Of a DNA stretch of 61,315 bases, positions 17,933-26,536 are shown piece after piece; within the stretch, counting starts at the first letter, position 1, and each line of letters opens with the position of its first letter. A model generated the notes under the pieces. That model was not told the DNA's origin. It saw only the letters and a list, made by a program, of their open reading frames with translations, and did no database searches. A program made the position numbers and the translations under genes. The DNA comes from Acidimicrobiales bacterium (lineage in GTDB: Bacteria > Actinomycetota > Acidimicrobiia > Acidimicrobiales > JAUJNH01): NCBI GenBank assembly GCA_038232515.1, contig JBBSHS010000002.1, forward strand, positions 1 through 61,315, read 5' to 3'.

Positions 17933-19147
17933 TTGGCTCTCGTCCCGCTGGCCGACGCCCGCCGCCGGGTGCTGGCCGGTTGCGCCCCGCTGCACCCGCG
18001 GGCCGTCCCTTTGGCCGAGGCGCTCGGGTGTGTGACCTCCATGGCCATCGAGGCCGAGGAGGCGGTGCCGCCGTTCGCCAACTCCGCCATGGACGGGTTC
18101 GCGGTGAAGGCGGCTGACACCCCGGGCCAGCTCGAGGTGGTCGCCACCCTGACCGCCGGCTCCTCGGCGCAGGGCGTGGTCGTGCGCCCCGGGCAGGCGG
18201 TGCGCATCATGACCGGCGCCGCCGTCCCTGACGGGGCGGACGCCGTCGTGGTGGTGGAGAGAACGACGAAGCTGGACGGGGCGCCGGAACGGGTCCGCAT
18301 CGACCACGCCGCCGCCCCCGGCGATCACCTCCGAGGCGCGGGGGAGGACGTCGACGTGGGCCAGCAGGTGTTCCCGGCATCCACACCGGTGACTCCGGCG
18401 GTACTCGGCGTGCTGGCCAGCCTGGGCGTGGCCCGGGTGCCGGTGTTTCCCCGGGCCCGGGTGGGCGTGCTCTCCACCGGCGACGAGCTGGTCGAGGGTG
18501 CAGGGGCGTTGCTGCCCGGGCAGATCCGTGACTCGAACCGCCCGCTACTGCTGGGCCTGTGCCGGCAATCGGGTTTCACGCCGGTCGACCTGGGCATCGC
18601 CCGTGACACCGAGGCCGACGTCCGCGCCGGCCTGGAACGGGGTCTGTCGTCGTGCGACGCCGTAATCACCTCCGGCGGGGTGTCAATGGGCGAGCTCGAC
18701 TACGTCAAGGTGGTGCTGGACGAACTGTCCGGCGGCACGTTCTCGTGGATGCAGGTGGCCGTCAAGCCGGCCAAGCCGCTCGCATTCGGCGTCGTCGGTG
18801 AGGTGCCGGTGTTCGGGCTCCCCGGCAATCCCGCCAGCTCGATGATCAGCTTCGAGTGCTTTGCCCGCCCCGGCATCCGCCAGCGCATGGGGGTCCCCCA
18901 GGAGCAGCTCGGTCGCCCGACGGTCGAGGCCGTGGCCGACGATGGCCTGCGGCGTCGGCCCGACGGTAAGGTCCATCTCCTGCGGGTGGTGATCGAGTGG
19001 CACGGCGGCGCCTACCACGTGATTGACGCCGGCGGCCAGGCGTCGAACCTGCTGCGACTGGCGGCGCTGGCCAACGGCCTGGCCGTCGTGGCCGACGGCG
19101 ATGGCATCGAGCCCGGCGGCCCGGTCGAGACCTGGTTGCTGGACTGA
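17933..19147 (+). CDS. moeA: molybdopterin molybdotransferase
   Basis: MoeA fold signatures (SAMDGFAV, STGDEL, GGVSMG, LPGNP). TTG start abuts the galU stop. Confidence 0.92.
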   Translation: MALVPLADARRRVLAGCAPLHPRAVPLAEALGCVTSMAIEAEEAVPPFANSAMDGFAVKAADTPGQLEVVATLTAGSSAQGVVVRPGQAVRIMTGAAVPDGADAVVVVERTTKLDGAPERVRIDHAAAPGDHLRGAGEDVDVGQQVFPASTPVTPAVLGVLASLGVARVPVFPRARVGVLSTGDELVEGAGALLPGQIRDSNRPLLLGLCRQSGFTPVDLGIARDTEADVRAGLERGLSSCDAVITSGGVSMGELDYVKVVLDELSGGTFSWMQVAVKPAKPLAFGVVGEVPVFGLPGNPASSMISFECFARPGIRQRMGVPQEQLGRPTVEAVADDGLRRRPDGKVHLLRVVIEWHGGAYHVIDAGGQASNLLRLAALANGLAVVADGDGIEPGGPVETWLLD

Positions 19148-19155
19148 CGCTTCGG

Positions 19156-19180
19156 GCGCCGGCCGCCCGGCGGCCGGCGC
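19156..19180 (+). terminator. GC hairpin after moeA (11-bp perfect stem GCGCCGGCCGC/GCGGCCGGCGC, loop CCG)
   Basis: Begins 9 nt after the stop. No U-tract (actinobacterial I-shaped type). Confidence 0.45.
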
Positions 19181-19252
19181 GAGATTGGGTGGCCACGTGG
19201 CCTTCCCGGGCCATCCGGGCCGCTGAAGGCCACCGCCCGACCCAATCTCGCG
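19178..19252. repeat. repeat family 3, copy 3A (nested imperfect palindrome)
   Basis: CGCGAGATTGGGT-N6-GTGGCCTTC-N19-GAAGGCCAC-N6-ACCCAATCTCGCG. Confidence 0.85.
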
Positions 19253-19278
19253 GCTGGGGGGTACGACGGCGACGGCGG

Positions 19279-19284
19279 TAGCCT
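19279..19284 (+). promoter_or_regulatory. -10-like box (GG)TAGCCT, 7 nt before the moaA ATG (leaderless candidate)
   Basis: TANNNT hexamer, no Shine-Dalgarno sequence. The same GGTAGCCT octamer is seen before pcrA and folD. Confidence 0.4.
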
Positions 19285-19291
19285 GGGACCC

Positions 19292-20275
19292 ATGCCGGAT
19301 GCGTTGGTGGACCCGTTCGGACGGACCGTGCGGGACCTGCGCATCTCGGTGACCGACCGCTGCAACTTCCGGTGCGGCTACTGCATGCCCGAAGAGGGCA
19401 TGACCTGGTTGGCCCGCAACGAGATACTTGACTTCGAGGAGATCGAGCGCATCGCCCGGCTCTGCGTCGACCGGTTCGGCGTGGACTCGATCCGCCTCAC
19501 CGGTGGTGAGCCCACGGTGCGGGCCCAACTCCCCGTGCTGGTGGCCCGGCTGGCCGCCCTGGGCACCGACCTGGCCATGACCACCAACGGCGCCACCCTG
19601 GGACTGCTGGCCGACGACCTCCGGGCGGCCGGTCTCCAACGGGTCAACATCAGCCTCGACACGCTGCGCCCTGACCGGTTCATCGAGCTGACGCGGCGAG
19701 ACCGGCTCGCCCAGGTGCTCGACGGCATCGACAGCGCTCTTCGGGTCGGGTTCAACACGGTCAAGGTCAACGTCGTGCTCATGCGCGGTGTCAACGACGA
19801 CGAGGTCCTCGACCTCGCCGCCTTCGGCCGCCAGCGGGGCGTGATCGTCCGGTTCATCGAGTTCATGCCTCTGGACGCCCAACTCGGTTGGGGGCCCGAG
19901 CGGGTGGTTCCGGCGGCCGAGGTGGTGGCGGCCATCGACGCCCGTTGGCCCCTCGAGCCGGTGCAGCGGGGGAGCCAGCCGGCCACCACCTACCGCTACC
20001 GGGACGGCGCCGGCGAGGTGGGCGTCATCGCCAGCGTCACCCAGTCGTTCTGCTCCACCTGCGACCGGGTGCGCCTTACCGCTGACGGCATGTTCCGCAA
20101 CTGCCTGTTCGCCCGCCGCGAGACCGACGTGCGGCCCATCCTGCGGGGCGGGGGCAGCGATGACGAGCTGGCCGGAGCCATCCAGGCCGAGGTCGGACGC
20201 AAATGGGCCGGCCACCAGATCGGCCAGGTGGCCTTCCTGCGGGCCAACCGGTCGATGAGCCAGATCGGCGGCTAG
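19292..20275 (+). CDS. moaA: GTP 3',8-cyclase (radical SAM)
   Basis: CNFRCGYCMP radical-SAM cluster and C-terminal CSTCDRVRLTADG cluster. Confidence 0.96.
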   Translation: MPDALVDPFGRTVRDLRISVTDRCNFRCGYCMPEEGMTWLARNEILDFEEIERIARLCVDRFGVDSIRLTGGEPTVRAQLPVLVARLAALGTDLAMTTNGATLGLLADDLRAAGLQRVNISLDTLRPDRFIELTRRDRLAQVLDGIDSALRVGFNTVKVNVVLMRGVNDDEVLDLAAFGRQRGVIVRFIEFMPLDAQLGWGPERVVPAAEVVAAIDARWPLEPVQRGSQPATTYRYRDGAGEVGVIASVTQSFCSTCDRVRLTADGMFRNCLFARRETDVRPILRGGGSDDELAGAIQAEVGRKWAGHQIGQVAFLRANRSMSQIGG

Positions 20276-20337
20276 GGAGAATCGCAGCCGTCCGGCCGGC
20301 TCCGCCGGCGAACCCTGGCGGCGATAGCATCGGCCCC

Positions 20338-20922
20338 GTGACTGGCCGCGGTTTCACCCACCTCGACCCGCTCGGCCGTGCCCGGATGGTGGACGTCACC
20401 CCCAAGGAACCCAGCCACCGCCGGGCCATCGCCCGCTGCAAGGTCTTCATGCAGCCCGAGACGACCAGCGCGGTGGCCACCAACGCCATCACCAAAGGCG
20501 ACGTGCTGGCGGTGGCGCGGGTGGCGGGCATCCAGGCGGCCAAGCGCACGCCGGACCTCATCCCGTTGTGCCATCAGCTCACCATCGGCTCGGTATACGT
20601 CAACTTCGTCATCGGCGACGCCGATGTCGAGGTCGAGGCCACGGTGGAGACCGTTGACCGCACCGGAGTCGAGATGGAGGCCCTGATGGCCTGCTCGGTG
20701 GCCGCGCTCACCATCTACGACATGTGCAAGTCTTCCGACCGGGCCATGTCCATCGGCGAGCTGGCGTTGTGGGAGAAGAGCGGGGGGCGGCGGGGCACCT
20801 ACCGCCGGGCCGAGCCGCCGGTCGGCGTCGAGCGGTCAGCTGCGCCCGTCGGCGGGTTGCCCGACGCCGACCTCGACGGCGGCGCCGAGCTCGTCGACCT
20901 CGTCGATCCCCCCGGCGAGTAG
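20338..20922 (+). CDS. moaC: cyclic pyranopterin monophosphate synthase, with about 35-aa C-terminal extension
   Basis: FTHLD...ARMVDV...KGDVLAVARVAGIQAAKRTPDLIPLCHQL...GVEMEALMA. GTG 20338 chosen as start. Confidence 0.9.
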   Translation: MTGRGFTHLDPLGRARMVDVTPKEPSHRRAIARCKVFMQPETTSAVATNAITKGDVLAVARVAGIQAAKRTPDLIPLCHQLTIGSVYVNFVIGDADVEVEATVETVDRTGVEMEALMACSVAALTIYDMCKSSDRAMSIGELALWEKSGGRRGTYRRAEPPVGVERSAAPVGGLPDADLDGGAELVDLVDPPGE

Positions 20923-21084
20923 CCCCAACGGGCTACCCCGGCCCATGGTCGCACTGGCCCGAACGGGCCGGGTCGGTTAGGGTGCGGGCCTTACAGCACG
21001 ACGCAACGGGTGGCAACGTCCCAGCATCCGCGAGATGTGGGCGGTGTCCAAGTACCGTCGCCGAAACGAAGGTAGGTCGAGAGT

Positions 21085-21642
21085 TTGGGGACCATTCTGC
21101 TGCTGCTCGTTTTGGCGGGTCTGTGGATCGGAGTCGGCGCCTGGTGGGTCTCCGGGCGCCAGAGCGACAGACCCGTCGACTCCATCAGCAGCTTCCGGCG
21201 CCAGCTGGGGACGCTGGAACGCCGGGCCCCGAGCCTCGTGGCTCCCGCCAATCGGATGCGGGCGCCGGGGCCTCGGTACAACGGGCCCCAGGTGGTGGCC
21301 GACCGGCCCGGGCCGGCCCGGCCCGTGGTCGCGGCACGTTCGCACTCCCCCTCCGCGTACCGTCGTCAGGCGACCCAGAAGCGGCGCCGCGACATCTTCT
21401 TCGGCTTGATCCTCGCCGCTGTGCTCACCCTCCTCGGGGGCTTGGTGCCCACTCTGCGCCTGTTGTGGGCCGTGTGTGCCGCCGACCTGGCTCTCCTCGG
21501 TGCCTACTGCGCCCTGCTGGTGCGCATGCGGGGTATTGCCGCCGAGCGGGAGATGAAGGTGCACTACCTGCCCAGGGCGGTTCCCGACCGGTTCTACGCC
21601 GTCTCGCCGGCGAACGCCCTGCTCCGCCGCTCCGCCAACTGA
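21085..21642 (+). CDS. hypothetical membrane protein
   Basis: N-terminal TM segment (ILLLLVLAGLWIGVGAWW) and two C-terminal TM segments. High third-position GC. TTG start uncertain. Confidence 0.5.
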   Translation: MGTILLLLVLAGLWIGVGAWWVSGRQSDRPVDSISSFRRQLGTLERRAPSLVAPANRMRAPGPRYNGPQVVADRPGPARPVVAARSHSPSAYRRQATQKRRRDIFFGLILAAVLTLLGGLVPTLRLLWAVCAADLALLGAYCALLVRMRGIAAEREMKVHYLPRAVPDRFYAVSPANALLRRSAN

Positions 21643-21694
21643 CGCCGGCGCCCTCACCGGTCGGCGGGGCCTCGGGTACGATCGTCAGCCGCCC

Positions 21695-21770
21695 GGGGGT
21701 GTAGCTCAGTCGGCAGAGCACTTCGTTCGCAACGAAGGGGTCGGCGGTTCGAATCCGCTCACCTCCACCA
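21695..21770 (+). tRNA. tRNA-Ala (anticodon CGC), CCA encoded
   Basis: GGGGGTGTAGCTCAGTCGGCAGAGCACTTCGTTCGCAACGAAGGGGTCGGCGGTTCGAATCCGCTCACCTCCACCA. Has the G3:U70 identity pair, anticodon loop TTCGCAA and T-loop GGTTCGAATCC. Confidence 0.95.
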
Positions 21771-21923
21771 ACCAGCCAGCCAGTGTTCGTTCGAGGCGGA
21801 GCTGAGCTACAGCTTCGATGTCTCTCCGTCGGCCCTGCAGCATGGGAACATTCGTGGGTCTCCGACCCATGGCCGACTCAGGCGCGTGCTCGGGCCCGCA
21901 TTGCAGCTTGCTATGCTGAAGGC

Positions 21924-22172
21924 ATGACGCAGTTCGTCACCCGGTTGGACGAGCAGCTTGTTGCGGCAGTTGACGCCCTGGTGGCTGACGGCGTCGTGGC
22001 GACCCGCTCGGAAGCGGTGCGCATGGGCTTGGAGCGGTTGGTCGACCGGCATCGCCGCCAGCAGATCGGCGAGCAGATCGCCGACGGCTACCGCCGGCGG
22101 CCGCAGACGGAGGAGGAACTCAAGGGGTTGGACGAGGCGACACGGGCTCTGATCGGAGAAGAGAGCTGGTGA
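21924..22172 (+). CDS. ribbon-helix-helix antitoxin (MazE/CopG-like)
   Basis: 82 aa, MTQFVTRLDEQLVAAVDALV...RSEAVRMGLERL. GTGA overlap with the toxin gene. TATGCT box ends 6 nt upstream of the ATG. Confidence 0.75.
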   Translation: MTQFVTRLDEQLVAAVDALVADGVVATRSEAVRMGLERLVDRHRRQQIGEQIADGYRRRPQTEEELKGLDEATRALIGEESW

Positions 22173-22480
22173 GCCCGCCCCGGCAGGGGGAGATCTGGTG
22201 GGCTGAAACTGAGGACGCCCGGCGTCCGGTGCTCGTCGTAACCCGCTCCGAGGCAATCGCCGTCATGACCACGATCGTGGTGGCGCCAGTCACACGGACG
22301 GTGCGCCGGATCCCGACCGAACTGCGTCTGGGCGCCGAGGAGGGTTTGGCGGTCGGATGCGCGGCGTCGTTCGACAACCTGCAACGGATCCGTCGGTCGT
22401 CGCTCACCGAGAGGGTGGGCGATCTCGGATGGCGTGGCGACGAGATGTGCACCGCTCTTCGGGCCCTCGCCGACTGTTGA
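22169..22480 (+). CDS. PemK/MazF-family type II toxin (mRNA interferase)
   Basis: GEIWWAE...RRPVLVVTRSEAI...VVAPVTRT...P.ELRLG..EGL...CAASFDNLQRI. Confidence 0.8.
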   Translation: MSPPRQGEIWWAETEDARRPVLVVTRSEAIAVMTTIVVAPVTRTVRRIPTELRLGAEEGLAVGCAASFDNLQRIRRSSLTERVGDLGWRGDEMCTALRALADC

Positions 22481-22529
22481 GGCTGTCCGACCTGGAGCCG
22501 CCCCCGGCCCCCAACCGGTCGACCACGAC

Positions 22530-22720
22530 AGCCGGTGCATCCTGGATTCGTGGCTGTTCCAGGAGCGCGTGCGCCACGCGGTATCCGGTCGGCCCATCAC
22601 TGTCCGGTCTGCTCGACCGCTTCTGGTTTGTGGAGTGGGACCTGCCCTGCGGTACCGAGCACAGCCAGCAGGTCCTGACGCATCCGGGGGCTAACCTCAG
22701 CGTCGGCCGCGCCGATGCTG
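22530..22720 (+). pseudogene. N-terminal remnant of an AraC-family regulator
   Basis: ...TRYPVGPSLSGLLDRFWFVEWDLPCGTEHSQQVLTHPGANLSVG resembles the N-terminal domain of actinobacterial AraC regulators. No HTH part follows, and there is a frame break upstream. Confidence 0.35.
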
Positions 22721-22817
22721 GTGCCGACGATGCCGTAGCGGGCCACATCGAGGTTCGCCTGAACGTGCACCCCCTCCCCCGCGGGCAGCCGTTCCGGGAA
22801 AAATCTACCGTGGCCCC

Positions 22818-23645
22818 ATGTGGCCCACATCGACCCGGCGGGTCGTAGCCGACGACGGCACGCCCATCGCCGCACGCGTGACGGGGGATGGCGACGCGGT
22901 GGTGCTCGTCCACAGCGCGGCATCGGACGCCCGGCAATGGGCCAGGCTGATGCCGCTGCTGGCCCCGAGCTTCAACGTCGTGGCCATGGACCGCCGGGGG
23001 CGTGGAGCGAGTGGGCCTCAGCGCCCCGGTCACTCGCTCGCGGTCGACTACGGAGACGTTGCCGCCGTCGGCTCGTCGATCTCCGGGCCCGTGCACCTGG
23101 TCGGCCACTCCTCGGGGGCCCGCTACGCCCTCCACGCCGCGCTGCGCATCCCCGGCTTGACGAGCCTGGTGCTGTACGAGCCTCCCGCCCCGGAGGGGTT
23201 TTGCGATGCCTCGCTCGACCGTATGTCCGTCCAGGAGTCGGCCGGGGACCGGGAAGGGGTTCTCCGGACCTTTTTCGTCGATCTGGTCGGGGTTGAGGAC
23301 GAGGAGTTCTCCATGCTCGGGGAGCGACCGATCTGGCCACTCATGGTCGACAACGCCCTGACCGTGCCGGCCGAGCTCCGGGCCGCCCGTAGCTACCGGT
23401 TCGACCCGGCGGCGTTCGCCGGGCTGGCCGTGCCCACCCTGCTCCTGGTGGGTGAGCTCAGCGGTCCGGAACTGCGCACGGTGGCCGGACGAATCGCCGA
23501 CGCTCTGCCCGACGCCCGTGTCGTCACCCTTGCCGGTCAAGGGCACGGAGCCATGTTCAGCGCCCCTGACCTCCTCGCATCGGTGCTCCAGGGCTTCTTC
23601 GAGGAGGTCGGGCACGGACCGCCGGACCGGTCAGACGGGCCCTGA
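22818..23645 (+). CDS. alpha/beta hydrolase
   Basis: VVLVHSAASDARQW, nucleophile elbow GHSSGA, C-terminal GHGAM. Confidence 0.85.
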   Translation: MWPTSTRRVVADDGTPIAARVTGDGDAVVLVHSAASDARQWARLMPLLAPSFNVVAMDRRGRGASGPQRPGHSLAVDYGDVAAVGSSISGPVHLVGHSSGARYALHAALRIPGLTSLVLYEPPAPEGFCDASLDRMSVQESAGDREGVLRTFFVDLVGVEDEEFSMLGERPIWPLMVDNALTVPAELRAARSYRFDPAAFAGLAVPTLLLVGELSGPELRTVAGRIADALPDARVVTLAGQGHGAMFSAPDLLASVLQGFFEEVGHGPPDRSDGP

Positions 23646-23682
23646 CCCACGCAGGAATGCCGTCGCCGCCGGCGGGCCCGGC

Positions 23683-24021
23683 CTATCCGCCGGCGGTTGG
23701 TGGCTCCCAGCCCAACAGCTCGAGGTGGCAGCGGGCCAGCCGCTCGTAGGCCTGGAGCAGATCGTCCCTGGCTGCGTCGAGGGCTCCGGGCGGGGCCGGC
23801 TCCGGCTTCCACCGGCCCCGCAGTGGCTCGGTGGCCACCAGTGACTCCAGAGCGTGCGAGGCATTTCGCAGACCCTGATGGGCGCGGTGCAGCTCTTCTC
23901 GTTCCTCGGCCGACAGGTCTTCAGGCCGGCGCCCTTGGTCGGTCACTTCTTCTCGCTTTTCCTCGTCAAAGGCCGATTTGCGGCGTTCGGCCGCCTGGGA
24001 AGAAACATCGAACGGGGGCAC
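23683..24021 (-). CDS. hypothetical small charged protein
   Basis: 112 aa, helical and charged. GTG start. Once the family-1 insertion is removed it lies 19 nt after the ilvA stop. Confidence 0.45.
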   Translation of the reverse strand: MPPFDVSSQAAERRKSAFDEEKREEVTDQGRRPEDLSAEEREELHRAHQGLRNASHALESLVATEPLRGRWKPEPAPPGALDAARDDLLQAYERLARCHLELLGWEPPTAGG

Positions 24022-24033
24022 GGAACGATAGTG

Positions 24034-24278
24034 CCGGGGCTTCGCCCCCGCCCGACGAGGCGGTCAGGTCATCCTTCGGCCTACCAGCGGCGATGTTCTT
24101 CACCCGCACCGTACGGGGGCATCCTGCGTTCGTGGGCTGGCCGTCATCCTCGAACCCGACCCGGCCCTCCCACACCGCTACGCCATCAGTTTCGACAAAC
24201 TCGAAGCGGGCATCACTGACCTTGTCGGCGCGGCGCGGAACTTGGCTCAATCGTGTCGGTTCCTAGGCAAGCGCCTAG
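24034..24278 (+). repeat. repeat family 1, copy A
   Basis: Aligns with 28026-28258 and 50051-50300. 5' hairpin GGGGC-TTC-GCCCC at 24036-24048. 3' hairpin CTAGGC-aagc-GCCTAG at 24263-24278. Flanked by TAGTGCCGG at 24029-24037 and 24276-24284. Confidence 0.9.
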
Positions 24279-24287
24279 TGCCGGCTT

Positions 24288-25496
24288 TCACTCCTGGCCC
24301 GACCGCAGGAGCTCGACCTGGTAGCCGGCGCCCCGCAGGGCGTCGACCACCTGGTGGCGATGCCCGGGATTGCGGGTCTCCAGGGTCAACATCACCTCGA
24401 CGTCCCGCAGGGCGATGTTGACGCCCGCCCGATGGTGTTCGACCTCCAGGACGTTGAGGCCCATGCTGCCCACCAGGGCCAGCAGGCCAGCCAGGGAGCC
24501 CGGCTCGTCGGCCACGACGAGGCGAAGGAGGAGGTATCGGCCGGCGGCTGACAGGCCGTGGTCGATGAGCTTGATGAGCAGGAGTGGATCGACGTTGCCA
24601 CCGGAAAGAATGACGACCACCGGTCCGGTGCCCGGGACTTTGTCGGCCAGCACAGCGGCGAGGCCCACGGCCCCCGCCGGCTCCACGACGGCCTTGGCCC
24701 GTTCCAACAGCAGGAGCAGCGACCGACTGATCTCCTCCTCGTGGACGGTCACGAGATCGTCGACGTATGCCTGCACGTGGGACAGGGTCAGGTCGCAGAC
24801 CTGTTTGACGGCGATGCCGTCGGCCATGGTCGCCATCTGCTCGATACTGGTCGGCCGGCCGGCGTTGACAGAGGCCTGCATGGACGCCGCTCCGGCCGCC
24901 TCGACGCCGATCACGCGCACGTCGCGCCGGGTGTGGGCCAGGGCGGTGGCAACCCCCCCTATGAGGCCGCCGCCCCCGACGGGCACCACGACGGCGTCGA
25001 CGTCCGGTGCCTCCTCGGCGATCTCCAAACCGACCGTGCCCTGCCCAGCCATGACCAAGGGGTCGTCGAATGGCGGCACGAACACGGCGCCGGTGTCGGC
25101 CGCGTAGGCCTGGGCCAGAGCCAGGGCGTCGTCCACCACGAGGCCGGCCAGCCGTACCTCGGCGCCGTACCCGCGGGTGGCGTCAACCTTGGGCAGGGCC
25201 GCCGTGACGGGCATGAACACCACCGAGGCGTGGCCCGTGCGGCTGGCCGCGAAGGCCACTCCCTGGGCATGGTTGCCGGCGGAGGCGGTGACCACCACGA
25301 CCCCATCGGGCAGCCGGCTGATGCAGTTGTACGCCCCTCTGACCTTGAACGAGCCCGTGCGCTGCAGGTGCTCAGGCTTGAGCAGCACGTCACGGCCGGC
25401 CAGCCGGGACAGGGCCTCCGCCCGGTAGACCGGGGTGGGTCGTACGACGCCCCTGACCCGGTCACGGGCATCCTGGATGTCCGACAGGCCGATCAC
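24288..25496 (-). CDS. ilvA: threonine ammonia-lyase (threonine dehydratase), single ACT-like domain form
   Basis: [18 protein letters not shown] (PLP Lys), GGGGLIGG, C-terminal ACT-like region. GTG 25496 is the only start codon near the conserved N-terminus. Confidence 0.92.
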   Translation of the reverse strand: MIGLSDIQDARDRVRGVVRPTPVYRAEALSRLAGRDVLLKPEHLQRTGSFKVRGAYNCISRLPDGVVVVTASAGNHAQGVAFAASRTGHASVVFMPVTAALPKVDATRGYGAEVRLAGLVVDDALALAQAYAADTGAVFVPPFDDPLVMAGQGTVGLEIAEEAPDVDAVVVPVGGGGLIGGVATALAHTRRDVRVIGVEAAGAASMQASVNAGRPTSIEQMATMADGIAVKQVCDLTLSHVQAYVDDLVTVHEEEISRSLLLLLERAKAVVEPAGAVGLAAVLADKVPGTGPVVVILSGGNVDPLLLIKLIDHGLSAAGRYLLLRLVVADEPGSLAGLLALVGSMGLNVLEVEHHRAGVNIALRDVEVMLTLETRNPGHRHQVVDALRGAGYQVELLRSGQE

Positions 25497-25655
25497 CGCT
25501 ACCCACGCTACGGCCCCCTCTGGTGGGCGGCTGCGGCGGGCGGCAGGCGTGCGGTTTGCCGGTGGGCGACCCACCCCGTATCGTTGCCGGGTTGCTCCGC
25601 CCTGCCCCGGCGGGCGCGGGCCGGCCCCGTAGACCGAGTATCCGAAGGAAGCCGC

Positions 25656-26105
25656 GTGCGCACGTACTCCACCAAACCCAGCGACATCACCCGTGCCTGG
25701 CACGAGGTCGACGCCGATGGCCTCGTCCTCGGTCGGCTGTCCACCGAGGTGGCCCGCATCCTGCGGGGGAAGCACAAGCCCTACTTCGCCCCGCACCTCG
25801 ACACCGGCGATCACGTCATCGTGGTCAACGCAGCCAAGATCGTCATGACCGCGGGCAAGGCCGACAAGACCGTCAAGTACCGTCACTCCGGCTACCCGGG
25901 GGGCATCCGCTCGCGCACCCAAGCCCAGCTATTGGACACCAAGCCCGAAGAGGTGGTGCGCCGGGCCATCAAGGGCATGTTGCCCAGGGGCCCGCTGGGC
26001 AGTCAGATGCTGCGCAAGCTGAAGGTCTATGCGGGGCCCACCCATCCCCATTCCGCCCAACTGCCGCAGGCTCTCGACCTGGCCGGCGCCCGGCGGGCGT
26101 CGTAG
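25656..26105 (+). CDS. rplM: 50S ribosomal protein L13
   Basis: [20 protein letters not shown]...GRLS..VA..LRGKHKP.F.PH.D.GD.V.V.NA. GAAGGAAG lies upstream of the start. Confidence 0.96.
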   Translation: MRTYSTKPSDITRAWHEVDADGLVLGRLSTEVARILRGKHKPYFAPHLDTGDHVIVVNAAKIVMTAGKADKTVKYRHSGYPGGIRSRTQAQLLDTKPEEVVRRAIKGMLPRGPLGSQMLRKLKVYAGPTHPHSAQLPQALDLAGARRAS

Positions 26106-26140
26106 CCTCCGACACCGACTCAGCAGAACAGGACGCCGTC

Positions 26141-26533
26141 GTGCCCAAGCCCCTCACCCAGACCACCGGCCGCCGCAAGCAGGCCATCGCCCGTGTCCGG
26201 TTCCGTCCCGGCACCGGCGTCATGACCGTCAACCGGCGGCCTCTGGACCAGTACTTCCCCTCGGCCACCCACCGCATGGTCCTGTCCGAGCCCCTGCGGG
26301 TGGCCGGCATCGAGGACGCCTACGACATCGATGCCACCATCACCGGCGGCGGCACGTCGGGTCAGGCCGGCGCCCTTCGGCTGGGCATTTCCCGCGCCCT
26401 GGCCGAGCTCGACCCCGACCAGCGCACACCGCTCAAGCGGGCCGGACTGCTCACCCGGGACGCCAGGGAGAAGGAGTCCAAGAAGTACGGTCTCAAGAAG
26501 GCCCGCAAGGCTCCGCAGTACTCCAAGCGATAG
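26141..26533 (+). CDS. rpsI: 30S ribosomal protein S9
   Basis: [16 protein letters not shown]...VN...GGG.SGQAGA.R.GI.RAL....LTRD.R.KE.KKYG..KARKAPQ.SKR. Confidence 0.96.
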   Translation: MPKPLTQTTGRRKQAIARVRFRPGTGVMTVNRRPLDQYFPSATHRMVLSEPLRVAGIEDAYDIDATITGGGTSGQAGALRLGISRALAELDPDQRTPLKRAGLLTRDAREKESKKYGLKKARKAPQYSKR

Positions 26534-26536
26534 TCG

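Noticed and set aside
19148-19291. Moco riboswitch upstream of moaA.
   Set aside because: The spacer is fully accounted for by a GC terminator hairpin, the family-3 palindrome (also found after guaA and sucD) and a -10 box. No Moco-motif conserved blocks were recognised.
21771-24030. att-type direct repeat of the tRNA-Ala 3' end, or an integrase, that would delimit a genomic island.
   Set aside because: Reading the region by eye, I found no copy of the tRNA 3' segment and no integrase gene. The islet is therefore reported only as an inference.
23966-24250. Small proteins encoded inside family 1: the minus-strand 94-aa ORF (..RVKNIAAGRPKDDLTA..) and a plus-strand sORF starting ATGTTCTTCACC (MFFT...) present in all three copies.
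   Set aside because: Copies A and C differ by several 1-2 nt indels that break the minus-strand frame, and copy C has a stop after 14 codons. On the plus strand, A and B keep the frame for about 26 codons, with a 9-nt in-frame length difference after that. Copy C, however, is shifted through the middle, B is shifted at the end, and there is no Shine-Dalgarno sequence. Composition is Ser/Thr/Pro/Arg-rich with lower third-position GC than real genes here. Coding is unlikely but not strictly excluded for the plus-strand sORF.
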